Both the position numbers and the translations under genes were made by a program. A stretch of 50,529 bases of DNA, taken from assembly GCA_009918225.1 (NCBI GenBank), contig RGEP01000001.1:1-50529 (forward strand). Direction: 5' to 3'. The notes beneath the pieces are model-generated. The model had not been told where the DNA came from and did not search any database. It saw only the letters and a list, made by a program, of their open reading frames with translations. Origin of the DNA: Betaproteobacteria bacterium. Its GTDB lineage: Bacteria > Pseudomonadota > Gammaproteobacteria > Burkholderiales > Burkholderiaceae_C. This document shows, one piece after another, positions 42,188-50,529 of this stretch (position 1 is its first letter; the number at the start of each line of letters is the position of its first letter).

Positions 42188-43255
42188 TCACTTCCAGATG
42201 TTCAGCGGCGTCTGCATCCACAGGCCGACGACGATGAGCCACACCAGGGTGACCGGGATGAAGATCTTCCAACCCAGACGCATGATCTGGTCGTAGCGGT
42301 AGCGCGGGAAGGTGGCGCGTACCCACAAGAACATGGTGACCACCACGAATACCTTGATGGCCAGCCAGATCCAACCCGGGATCCAGTTGAACAGCGCGCT
42401 GTCGATGGGCGGCAACCAGCCGCCGAGGAACATGATCACGCACAGGGTCGAGACCAGGATCATGTTGGCGTACTCGGCCAGGAAGAACATGGCAAACGAC
42501 ATGCCCGAGTACTCGATCATGTGGCCCGCCACGATTTCCGACTCGCCTTCCACCACGTCGAAGGGGTGGCGGTTGGTTTCGGCCAAACCCGAGACGAAAT
42601 ACACGATGAACACCGGCAACAGGGGCAGCCAGTTCCAGGACAGGAAATTCAGCCCCATCTCGGCAAAGTAACCATCCCCCTGCTGCTGCACGATGCCCGT
42701 CATGTTCATCGTTCCCGAAACCATCAGCACGATCACCAGGGCGAAGCCCATGGCGATCTCATAGCTCACCATCTGGGCCGAGGCGCGCAGCGCACCCAGG
42801 AAGGCGTACTTGGAGTTCGATGCCCAGCCCGCGATGATGACGCCATACACCTCCAGCGACGTGATGGCCATCAGATACAGCAGACCCGCGTTGACATTGG
42901 CCAGCGCCACATCCGGCCCGAAGGGCACCACTGCCCAGGCCGCCAGGGCCGGCATGATGGTCATCACCGGGCCCAAGAAGAACAGGCCCTTGTTGGCCGC
43001 CGTGGGGCGGATGATTTCCTTGAAGACCAGCTTGACCGCGTCCGCGATCGGGGTGAGCAGTCCCCAGGGGCCCACGCGGTTGGGGCCAGGGCGAACCTGG
43101 GTCCAGCCGATGGCCTTGCGCTCCCACAAGGTGAGGTAGGCCACACAGCCCATCAGCGGCAACACCACCGCCACGATCTTGATGAGGCTCCACACCACCA
43201 GCCACAGGGTCGGCCCCAGGGTGGTGTTGCCCAAATGATGAAGCGATTCCAACAT
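42188..43255 (-). CDS. nuoH: NADH-quinone oxidoreductase subunit H
   Basis: 355-aa multi-pass protein (..[24 protein letters not shown].. and ..[15 protein letters not shown]..). Confidence 0.95.
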   Translation of the reverse strand: MLESLHHLGNTTLGPTLWLVVWSLIKIVAVVLPLMGCVAYLTLWERKAIGWTQVRPGPNRVGPWGLLTPIADAVKLVFKEIIRPTAANKGLFFLGPVMTIMPALAAWAVVPFGPDVALANVNAGLLYLMAITSLEVYGVIIAGWASNSKYAFLGALRASAQMVSYEIAMGFALVIVLMVSGTMNMTGIVQQQGDGYFAEMGLNFLSWNWLPLLPVFIVYFVSGLAETNRHPFDVVEGESEIVAGHMIEYSGMSFAMFFLAEYANMILVSTLCVIMFLGGWLPPIDSALFNWIPGWIWLAIKVFVVVTMFLWVRATFPRYRYDQIMRLGWKIFIPVTLVWLIVVGLWMQTPLNIWK

Positions 43256-43257
43256 GG

Positions 43258-45615
43258 TCAGGCCCCGCTGGCTTTCTCGACGCTGATCGCGCCGAACATG
43301 GCCCCTAAAGCAGCCGTATCCGGATGGCCTGTGGGTACGCAGACCGTGCCACTGGCCAGGGACGCATCCAGGCGTGCTGGCAACAACACCGATGCACCGC
43401 CCTGCCCCACCCGTACACGCTCACCCGCGCTCAAGCCCAGGCTTTGCCACAGATCGCTCGGCAGCGCTGCCACCGGCGGCTTGGCATCCGCCGTGGCCTG
43501 CAGGCTGAAGGCGCGGCGCACGATGGGGTCGGCGCTGTAGATGGGCACGGGGCTCAGGCGTTGCAAGCCTGGGGCAGAACCGACCGCCTGGGGCAAGCCA
43601 CTGGCCGCGTTGGACAAGCGGGACGCCAGTGTCGAAAGGTCGCCCAGCGCTTGGCTGCGGACCTCTTCCACGGTCTCCTGGTCAAAGCCCGAAAGGCCCA
43701 GCAAATTACCCAATACCCGCAACACCTTCCAACCCGGGCGGGTTTGACCGCGCGGCTTGACCACACCCTGGAAGGCCTGCAAGCGGGCCTCAGCGTTGAT
43801 GAAGGAGCCGGCCGTTTCCGTGAACGGTGCGATGGGCAGGAGCACGTCGGCGTTCTCAACCCGTGCGTCACGGAAGGAGGTGAAGGCCACGACCAGGCCG
43901 GAGCCCTGCAAGGCGGCCTTGGCCGCAGCGCCGTCTGCGGCGTCGAGCTCTGGCTCTACATTGAACACGAGCAAGGCCTTCATCGGCTGGCTCAGCATCT
44001 GGCCGGCGTTCAGGGCAGACGAGGCCCCCGCGGCCGGCTGAGCGCCGACCAGCTGGGCCCCGACACTGTTGGCCGCAGCCCCCAGGAATCCCACACGCGC
44101 GCCGGTATGCTGAGCAATGAAGTTGGCCAATTGAAGCAGCGCAGTGGCCTGCGGGTGCTGTTCAGCCCCCAGGCCCATCAGCACGGCCGTGCGTTGGCCG
44201 CTCAACAGCGATTGGGCCACCGCCGTGGCCTGTTCACTGGCTTCGATACCCGCCACTGGCGCCGGCAGTCCCTTGGCCTGCGCGACCGCAGTGGCCACAG
44301 CCGCCAGGGCAGTCGGCCAATGCGACGGTGCGGTGGTGATGGTGTTGCGCACGGGCATGAGCCAGTCGTCACCCGCCGACCCCAAACGAGACACCTGAGC
44401 ACCGCGCCGTGCAGCCTGGCGCAGCCGCTGGGCAAACAGCGGATGGTCTTTGCGCAGAAAGCTGCCCACCACCAACACGCGGTCCAAGGTGGACAGCTCG
44501 GCAATCGGCATACCCAACCAGCGCACACCGCCGGCCTGCAGGCTGAAGTCGCTTTGGCGCAGGCGGTGATCGATGTTCTCGCTGCCCAGGCCACGCACCA
44601 GCTTGGCCAAGAGGTGCAACTCCTCAACGGTTGAATGCGGCGAAGCCAAGGCGCCGATCGACGTGGCACCAAACTCGGACTGGATGCGCTTCAAGCCATC
44701 GGCCACATAGTCCAGGGCCTGCTGCCAAGTCACGGTTTGCCACTGGCCCCCTTGCTTGACCATGGGCTCCGTGAGGCGGGCATCGCTGTTGAGCGCCTCG
44801 TATGAGAAACGGTCGCGGTCGGCAATCCAGCACTCGTTGACCGCCTCATTCTCGAGGGGCACCACCCGCATCACGCGGTCGGCCTTGACTTGCACCACCA
44901 GGTTGGCGCCCGTGCTGTCGTGCGGGCTGACGCTCTTGCGGCGAGACAGCTCCCAGGTACGGGCGCTGTAGCGGAAAGGCTTGCTGGTCAGCGCCCCAAC
45001 TGGGCAGATGTCGATCATGTTGCCCGAGAGTTCCGAGTCGACCGTATTGCCCACAAACGTGGTGATCTCCGAATGCTCACCGCGGTGCAGCATGCCCAAC
45101 TCCATCACCCCAGCCACCTCTTGGCCGAAGCGCACGCAACGGGTGCAATGGATGCAGCGGCTCATCTCCTCCATGGAGATCAGGGGACCCACGTTCTTGT
45201 GGAACACCACCCGCTTTTCTTCGGTGTAGCGCGAAGCACTGCCGCCATAGCCCACGGCCAAGTCCTGCAACTGGCACTCGCCGCCTTGGTCGCAGATGGG
45301 ACAGTCCAGGGGGTGGTTGATGAGCAAGAACTCCATCACCGACTGCTGCGCCTTTTTGGCTTTCTCGCTTTGGGTGCGCACCACCATGCCCGGTGTGACC
45401 GGGGTGGCGCAAGCCGGCATCGGCTTGGGTGCCTTTTCCACCTCCACCAAGCACATGCGGCAATTGGCCGCGATGCTGAGCTTCTTGTGATAGCAGAAGT
45501 GAGGCACGTACACACCTGCGGCATCAGCCGCGTGCATCACCATGCTGCCGGGCTCGACCTCGACCTTGCGGCCGTCGAGCTCAATCTCCACCAGGTTCTT
45601 GACGGGGTCAGACAT
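43258..45615 (-). CDS. nuoG: NADH-quinone oxidoreductase subunit G
   Basis: N-terminal 2Fe-2S/4Fe-4S cysteine clusters ([22 protein letters not shown]; [10 protein letters not shown]; [10 protein letters not shown]). The ATG at 45615 overlaps the nuoF stop by 8 nt (ATGTCTGA). Confidence 0.93.
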   Translation of the reverse strand: MSDPVKNLVEIELDGRKVEVEPGSMVMHAADAAGVYVPHFCYHKKLSIAANCRMCLVEVEKAPKPMPACATPVTPGMVVRTQSEKAKKAQQSVMEFLLINHPLDCPICDQGGECQLQDLAVGYGGSASRYTEEKRVVFHKNVGPLISMEEMSRCIHCTRCVRFGQEVAGVMELGMLHRGEHSEITTFVGNTVDSELSGNMIDICPVGALTSKPFRYSARTWELSRRKSVSPHDSTGANLVVQVKADRVMRVVPLENEAVNECWIADRDRFSYEALNSDARLTEPMVKQGGQWQTVTWQQALDYVADGLKRIQSEFGATSIGALASPHSTVEELHLLAKLVRGLGSENIDHRLRQSDFSLQAGGVRWLGMPIAELSTLDRVLVVGSFLRKDHPLFAQRLRQAARRGAQVSRLGSAGDDWLMPVRNTITTAPSHWPTALAAVATAVAQAKGLPAPVAGIEASEQATAVAQSLLSGQRTAVLMGLGAEQHPQATALLQLANFIAQHTGARVGFLGAAANSVGAQLVGAQPAAGASSALNAGQMLSQPMKALLVFNVEPELDAADGAAAKAALQGSGLVVAFTSFRDARVENADVLLPIAPFTETAGSFINAEARLQAFQGVVKPRGQTRPGWKVLRVLGNLLGLSGFDQETVEEVRSQALGDLSTLASRLSNAASGLPQAVGSAPGLQRLSPVPIYSADPIVRRAFSLQATADAKPPVAALPSDLWQSLGLSAGERVRVGQGGASVLLPARLDASLASGTVCVPTGHPDTAALGAMFGAISVEKASGA

Positions 45616-46966
45616 AGGCCGGTACCACGCAGGTCTTGTGTTCAATGTGATGAACGAACTCATCACGGAAATGCTTGATCATGGCGCGCACCGGCATGGC
45701 CGCTGCATCGCCCAGGGCGCAGATGGTGCGACCCTGAATGTTGTCCGCCACCGAGTTCAGCAGTTCCAGGTCTTCCATGCGGCCCTGCCCCTTCTCAATG
45801 CGGTCCACCATGCGCCACAACCAACCCGTGCCCTCACGGCAAGGGGTGCACTGGCCACAGCTCTCATGCTGATAGAAGTAAGACAGGCGCAGCAAGCTCT
45901 TGACCATGCAGCGGGTGTCGTTCATCACGATCACCGCGCCTGAACCCAACATGGAGCCCGCCTTGGCGATGGCGTCGTAGTCCATGGTGATGTCCATCAT
46001 GATGTGGGCCGGCAGCACCGGTGCCGAGGATCCACCAGGGATCACCGCCTTCAGCGCCCCACCCTTGACGCCACCGGCCAATTCCAGCAGCTTGGAAAAC
46101 GGCGTGCCCATGGGCACTTCGAAATTCCCAGGGGTGTTCACGTCGCCCACCACCGAGAAGATCTTGGTGCCCCCGTTGTTGGGCTTGCCCACCTCCAGAT
46201 AGGCCTGCCCGCCGTTGCGGATGATCCAGGGCACCGCGGCGAAGGTTTCGGTGTTGTTGATGGTCGTGGGCTTGCCGTACAGGCCAAAGCTGGCGGGGAA
46301 TGGCGGCTTGAAGCGCGGCTGGCCCTTCTTGCCTTCCAAGGATTCCAACAGCGCCGTTTCCTCGCCGCAGATGTAGGCGCCAAAACCGTGGTGGGCATGC
46401 AGCTGGAAGCTGGTGTTCGAGCCCATGATGTTGGCCCCGAGGTAGCCCGCTGCGCGAGCCTCCTGCAAGGCGGCCTCAAACCGTTCGTAGACCTCGAAGA
46501 TTTCGCCGTGGATGTAGTTGTAACCCACGGTGATGCCCATGGCGTAGGCCGCAATGGTCATGCCCTCGATGACCGCGTGGGGGTTGTACATGAGGATGTC
46601 GCGGTCTTTGCAGGTACCGGGCTCGCCCTCGTCGGAGTTGCACACCAGGTACTTCTGGCCGGGGAACTGGCGCGGCATGAAGCTCCACTTCAAGCCCGTG
46701 GGGAAGCCTGCGCCGCCGCGCCCGCGCAATGAGGAGAGCTTGACGTCGGCGATCACCGCCTCGGGCGTCATCCCCTCGCCGCCATCGCGGCCCAGAATCT
46801 TGCGCAGGGCTGCGTAGCCGCCCCGCGCTTCGTAGTCCTTCAGGCTCCAGTTCGAACCGTTGAGGTCGGCGTAGATTTGCGGCTGAATGTGCCGGCCATG
46901 AAAGCAGGTTTCCTGGCCCTTGGCCTGAAACCGCGAGAGGTCAAGCATCTGTCCCATGGCGTTCAT
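45608..46966 (-). CDS. nuoF: NADH-quinone oxidoreductase subunit F
   Basis: NADH/FMN motifs [10 protein letters not shown] and [12 protein letters not shown], and the N3 cluster [12 protein letters not shown]. The ATG at 46966 forms an ATGA overlap with the nuoE stop. Confidence 0.93.
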   Translation of the reverse strand: MNAMGQMLDLSRFQAKGQETCFHGRHIQPQIYADLNGSNWSLKDYEARGGYAALRKILGRDGGEGMTPEAVIADVKLSSLRGRGGAGFPTGLKWSFMPRQFPGQKYLVCNSDEGEPGTCKDRDILMYNPHAVIEGMTIAAYAMGITVGYNYIHGEIFEVYERFEAALQEARAAGYLGANIMGSNTSFQLHAHHGFGAYICGEETALLESLEGKKGQPRFKPPFPASFGLYGKPTTINNTETFAAVPWIIRNGGQAYLEVGKPNNGGTKIFSVVGDVNTPGNFEVPMGTPFSKLLELAGGVKGGALKAVIPGGSSAPVLPAHIMMDITMDYDAIAKAGSMLGSGAVIVMNDTRCMVKSLLRLSYFYQHESCGQCTPCREGTGWLWRMVDRIEKGQGRMEDLELLNSVADNIQGRTICALGDAAAMPVRAMIKHFRDEFVHHIEHKTCVVPAYV

Positions 46967-47469
46967 GCCCCGTTCTTCAGTTGGTCGACCAAAGCGTCCA
47001 GCCGGTCGTTGCTCATGAAGCTCACCATTTGGCGGTCGTTGACCAACATCACCGGCGCGTCCGCACAGGCCCCAAGGCACTCAGACTTCTGCACCGTGAA
47101 GAGGCCATCGGCCGAGGTGCCGCCCTCTTCCACGCCCAGGCGGCTGCACAGGTGCTCCAAGGCCTGCTGCCCGTTGCGCAACTGACAGGGCAGGTTGGTG
47201 CACACGTTGAACTTGAACCTGCCGGTGGGCTTCTGGTTGTACATGTTGTAGAAGGTGGTCACCTCCGCCACCGCGATGGGCGCCATGCCGAGGTACGTGG
47301 CCACTGCCTTCTCGGCTGAGGCGCTCACCCAACCTTCTTCCTGCTGCACGATCGACAAGCAGGCCATGACGGCAGACTGCCGCTGATCGGCGGGGTACTT
47401 GGCCACCTCGCGGTCGAAGCGCACGCGCGTGGCGTCGCTCAGGGTGTAGCTGTGGTTGTCGCTGCTCAT
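46963..47469 (-). CDS. nuoE: NADH-quinone oxidoreductase subunit E
   Basis: 168-aa thioredoxin-like 2Fe-2S subunit (..[11 protein letters not shown].. and ..[11 protein letters not shown]..). Confidence 0.93.
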   Translation of the reverse strand: MSSDNHSYTLSDATRVRFDREVAKYPADQRQSAVMACLSIVQQEEGWVSASAEKAVATYLGMAPIAVAEVTTFYNMYNQKPTGRFKFNVCTNLPCQLRNGQQALEHLCSRLGVEEGGTSADGLFTVQKSECLGACADAPVMLVNDRQMVSFMSNDRLDALVDQLKNGA

Positions 47470-48719
47470 CGATCGATCTCGCCAAACACGATGTCCATGG
47501 TGCCGATCACCGCTACGGCGTCAGCGATCATGTGGCCACGGGTCATCTCATCGAGCGCTGCCAGGTGCGCAAAGCCCGGCGCGCGGATCTTCAAGCGCCA
47601 GGGCTTGTTGGCCCCATCGCTGACCAGGTAAATGCCGAACTCACCCTTGGGGTGCTCCACGGCAGCATAGGCCTGCCCTTCGGGCACGTGGAAGCCTTCG
47701 GTGAAGAGCTTGAAGTGGTGAATCAGCTCTTCCATATTGGACTTCATGCCCACACGGTCGGGTGGCGCCACCTTGTGGTTGTCGGTGATGACCGGACCCG
47801 GGTTGTTCCGCAGCCATTTGACGCACTGGCGGATGATGCGGTTGCTCTGGCGCATCTCTTCGACACGCACCAGGTAGCGGTCGTAGGTGTCACCGTTGAC
47901 GCCCACCGGAATGTCGAAATCCATGCGGTCGTACACGTCGTAGGGCTGCTTCTTGCGCAGGTCCCAAGCGATGCCCGAGCCGCGCAGCATGGCGCCGGAG
48001 AAGCCCAGGTTGAGCGCTCGCTCAGGCGTCACCACGGCGATACCCACGGTGCGTTGCTTCCAGATGCGGTTGTCGGTCAGCAGGGTCTCGTACTCGTCGA
48101 CCAGGGCCGGGAACCGGTTGGTGAAGTCTTCGATGAAATCCAACAACGAACCTTGGCGGTTCTCGTTGAGCTGTGCGATGGCTCGCGCATTGCGAATCTT
48201 GCTGGCCTGGTACTGCGGCATCCGGTCGGGCAGGTCACGGTACACACCGCCCGGGCGGAAGTAGGCGGCGTGCATGCGTGCACCCGAGACCGCTTCGTAC
48301 ATGTCAAACAGGTCTTCACGCTCACGGAAGCAGTAGATGAGCATGTTCATCGCGCCACAGTCCATGCCATGGCAGCCCAGCCACAGCAGATGGTTCAGCA
48401 GGCGGGTGATCTCGCTGTACATCACGCGGATGTACTGCGCACGCTCGGGCACTTCGATGCCCAGCAGCTTTTCGATGGCCAGGCAGTAGGCGTGCTCGTT
48501 GCACATCATCGACACATAGTCCAGCCGGTCCATATAGGGCAAGGACTGGATGTAGGTCTTGGACTCGGCCAGTTTTTCGGTGGCGCGGTGCAAAAGGCCG
48601 ATGTGGGGGTCGGCTCGCTGGATGACCTCACCGTCGAGCTCCAGCACCAGGCGCAACACGCCGTGCGCAGCCGGATGCTGGGGGCCGAAGTTCAGGGTGT
48701 AATTCTTGATGTCCGCCAT
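47466..48719 (-). CDS. nuoD: NADH-quinone oxidoreductase subunit D
   Basis: [25 protein letters not shown]-terminus. 417 aa and not fused to nuoC. Confidence 0.95.
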   Translation of the reverse strand: MADIKNYTLNFGPQHPAAHGVLRLVLELDGEVIQRADPHIGLLHRATEKLAESKTYIQSLPYMDRLDYVSMMCNEHAYCLAIEKLLGIEVPERAQYIRVMYSEITRLLNHLLWLGCHGMDCGAMNMLIYCFREREDLFDMYEAVSGARMHAAYFRPGGVYRDLPDRMPQYQASKIRNARAIAQLNENRQGSLLDFIEDFTNRFPALVDEYETLLTDNRIWKQRTVGIAVVTPERALNLGFSGAMLRGSGIAWDLRKKQPYDVYDRMDFDIPVGVNGDTYDRYLVRVEEMRQSNRIIRQCVKWLRNNPGPVITDNHKVAPPDRVGMKSNMEELIHHFKLFTEGFHVPEGQAYAAVEHPKGEFGIYLVSDGANKPWRLKIRAPGFAHLAALDEMTRGHMIADAVAVIGTMDIVFGEIDR

Positions 48720-48741
48720 GTTCGTCTCGTGGGCCGGCCGC

Positions 48742-49341
48742 TCAATGCAGCCCGCCGTAGGGTTCTTCGCGGATGATGCGCGGCGTGATCTCTCGGGTCT
48801 CGATCGTCACGGGCTGGTAGATGACCCGCTTTTGCTCCGCGTCGTAGCGCATCTCCACGTGCCCGGTGACTGGGAAATCCTTGCGGAACGGGTGGCCGAT
48901 GAAGCCGTAGTCGGTCAACAGGCGCCGAAGGTCGTTGTGGCCCTCGAAGAGGATCCCGTATAGGTCAAAGGCCTCACGCTCGAACCAGTTCGCTGCGCTC
49001 CACACCTCATTCACGCTGGCCACCAGGGGCTGCTCGTCCTGCGGGCAAAAGGTGACCACGCGCAGGCGCCAGTTGTGCGCCACCGACAGCAGGTGCAACA
49101 CCACGGCGAATCGCGGCCCCTCATGCGCACCGTCCTTGTAGCCGCTGTAGTCCACGCCACACAGGTCCATGAGCTGTTCGAACCCCAGTTCGGCGTCGTC
49201 GCGCAAGCGCTGGCAAACGGATAGGTAGTCTGCCGCTCGCACGGTGAGCGTCACCTCGCCCAAGCGGCAGTCCAGGGACTGCACGTGCGCGCCCAGCGCA
49301 GCTTGAAGCGCGGCTTGCAGGCGTTGGAGTTTTTCTGACAT
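48742..49341 (-). CDS. nuoC: NADH-quinone oxidoreductase subunit C
   Basis: ..[24 protein letters not shown] is the 30-kDa subunit signature. ATG at 49341. Confidence 0.92.
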   Translation of the reverse strand: MSEKLQRLQAALQAALGAHVQSLDCRLGEVTLTVRAADYLSVCQRLRDDAELGFEQLMDLCGVDYSGYKDGAHEGPRFAVVLHLLSVAHNWRLRVVTFCPQDEQPLVASVNEVWSAANWFEREAFDLYGILFEGHNDLRRLLTDYGFIGHPFRKDFPVTGHVEMRYDAEQKRVIYQPVTIETREITPRIIREEPYGGLH

Positions 49342-49440
49342 GGGGTTCCTCAGGGCGGGTACGGCTGCCGTTCGGGGTACTGCGTTGGGGTTCTGCGGTG
49401 GTGGTCGTGTGCGGTGCAGGACAGGCGGTGACGACACCGC

Positions 49441-49917
49441 TCAGCGGGCGATCGTGTTTTCCCGCCGGATCTTGGACTGCAGCTGCAGAATGCCGTAGAG
49501 CAGGGCCTCAGCCGTTGGGGGGCAGCCCGGCACATAGACATCCACCGGCACGATGCGGTCGCAGCCGCGCACCACCGAATAGCTGTAGTGGTAGTAGCCG
49601 CCACCATTGGCGCAGGAGCCCATGGACAAGACCCAGCGCGGCTCGGCCATTTGGTCGTAGACCTTGCGCAGTGCCGGCGCCATCTTGTTGCACAAGGTAC
49701 CCGCCACGATCATCAGATCGGACTGCCGGGGCGACGGCCGGAACAGCATGCCGAAACGGTCGATGTCGTAGCGGGAAGCGCCCGCATGCATCATTTCCAC
49801 CGCACAGCAGGCCAAGCCGAAGGTCATGGGCCACAAGGAGCCCGTTTTAGACCAGTTGACCAGCTTGTCCACCGAGGTGGTCACAAAGCCTTCTTTGAGT
49901 ACGCCTTCAATGCCCAT
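49441..49917 (-). CDS. nuoB: NADH-quinone oxidoreductase subunit B
   Basis: N2-cluster ligand motifs [20 protein letters not shown] and VPGCPP. Confidence 0.95.
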   Translation of the reverse strand: MGIEGVLKEGFVTTSVDKLVNWSKTGSLWPMTFGLACCAVEMMHAGASRYDIDRFGMLFRPSPRQSDLMIVAGTLCNKMAPALRKVYDQMAEPRWVLSMGSCANGGGYYHYSYSVVRGCDRIVPVDVYVPGCPPTAEALLYGILQLQSKIRRENTIAR

Positions 49918-49920
49918 GAT

Positions 49921-50280
49921 TCACTCCCAGTCCAGCGCGCCCTTCTTCCATTCGTACACCAGGCCAACGACCAGGATGCCGAGGAAGACCATCACCGCCC
50001 AAAAACCCGTGGGGCCGATGTCGCGCAGCGAAACCGCCCACGGAAAGAGGAAGGCGATTTCGAGGTCAAACAGAATGAAGAGGATGGCCACCAAGTAGTA
50101 GCGCACATCGAACTGCATGCGGGCGTCTTCGAAGGCCTCGAAGCCGCATTCGTAGGGGGAGTTTTTCGCTGCATCTGGGCGGTTTGGGCCCATGATGAAG
50201 CCGATGACCTGGGGCGCGATGCCGATGGCCGTGCCCACCAGAATGAACAGGATGATGGGCAGGTACTCTTGCAGGTTCAT
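49921..50280 (-). CDS. nuoA: NADH-quinone oxidoreductase subunit A
   Basis: [16 protein letters not shown]...[12 protein letters not shown]...[15 protein letters not shown] at 50280. The ORF-track start at 50310 is an extension. Confidence 0.93.
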   Translation of the reverse strand: MNLQEYLPIILFILVGTAIGIAPQVIGFIMGPNRPDAAKNSPYECGFEAFEDARMQFDVRYYLVAILFILFDLEIAFLFPWAVSLRDIGPTGFWAVMVFLGILVVGLVYEWKKGALDWE

Positions 50281-50321
50281 GTTTACAACCGACTTCAGTC
50301 CGCCCGGCACTGGCCGGACGC

Positions 50322-50363
50322 AAAAAAGGCGCGTGGAGAATCCCCCGATTCCCTCAGCGCGCC
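50322..50363 (-). terminator. Intrinsic-terminator-like hairpin with U6 tract between tRNA-Leu and nuoA
   Basis: The outer stem ggcgcg (50328-50333) pairs with cgcgcc (50358-50363). The inner stem gaatc pairs with gattc around a 4-nt loop. On the minus strand the hairpin is followed by TTTTTT (plus-strand A-run 50322-50327). Confidence 0.55.
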
Positions 50364-50462
50364 CGCCTGTCCCGATTGGCAGCTCCGCTGCACTGGGCGC
50401 TCGGCGCCACCCTCCGGGGTCACGCCGAATTTGACTCGACTCGACTTTCGTCTTCTTGTTCT

Positions 50463-50529
50463 TGGTGCCGTCGGCGAGACTCGAACTCGCACAGCTTTCG
50501 CCACTACCCCCTCAAGATAGCGTGTCTAC
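50463..50529 (-). tRNA. tRNA-Leu (anticodon GAG), 3' two-thirds; the 5' end lies outside the window
   Basis: The reverse complement reads GTAGACACGCTATCTTGAGGGGGTAGTGGCGAAAGCTGTGCGAGTTCGAGTCTCGCCGACGGCACCA. It has an anticodon stem-loop CTATC-TTGAGGG-GGTAG (anticodon GAG), a long variable arm (class II), a T-arm GCGAG-TTCGAGT-CTCGC, and an encoded CCA at 50463-50465. Confidence 0.9.

Noticed and set aside
50433-50446. A mini tandem repeat gactc-gactc-gact just downstream of the tRNA-Leu 3' end.
   Set aside because: It has only about 2.8 copies of a 5-mer. It is too short to call a repeat element or an integration-site (att) duplication, and there is no second copy in the window.
50281-50529. 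The tRNA-Leu as a possible genomic-island integration site.
   Set aside because: The tRNA is followed directly by the conserved nuo operon. There is no integrase, no direct repeat of the tRNA 3' end and no compositional shift inside the window. Nothing can be said about the side beyond 50529.

Overview
This window is a high-GC stretch of conserved core chromosome. G/C at third codon positions is obvious by eye but was not computed. Gene order and protein sequences look betaproteobacterial (Burkholderiales/Comamonadaceae-like). That placement is an inference from synteny: separate nuoC and nuoD, tRNA-Leu directly upstream of nuoA, and rpsF-priB-rpsR-rplI-dnaB.

Contents in order:
- dnaK (3' part) and dnaJ.
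- dnaB, rplI, rpsR, priB and rpsF on the minus strand.
- The divergent pair ppsA/ppsR.
- The classic 16-gene minus-strand cluster rpsB-tsf-pyrH-frr-uppS-cdsA-dxr-rseP-bamA-skp-lpxD-fabZ-lpxA-lpxB-rnhB-SpoU/TrmH methyltransferase.
- nnr, and aroC coupled to an MFS transporter.
- A CBS-pair protein divergent from metY, which is coupled to an alpha/beta hydrolase.
- yihY divergent from a DUF2069 gene coupled to an FAD-linked oxidase.
- A complete nuoA-N complex I operon with a DUF2818/Nudix/DUF1178 tail.
- A truncated tRNA-Leu(GAG) at the right edge.

Genes are tightly packed, with many 1-, 4- or 8-nt stop/start overlaps and three convergent overlaps. I found no mobile element, CRISPR array, integrase, toxin-antitoxin-like pair, defence-like gene or compositional island.

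I therefore cannot support the claim that this window holds a novel system. The most worthwhile leads are modest:
- The uncharacterised three-gene tail riding on the nuo operon.
- A terminator-like hairpin and structured tRNA-Leu trailer immediately upstream of nuoA.
- A few unusual gene couplings and overlaps.

All family calls rest on motifs I recognise in the supplied translations. No database search was run. Start codons were chosen by hand and are less certain than stops.
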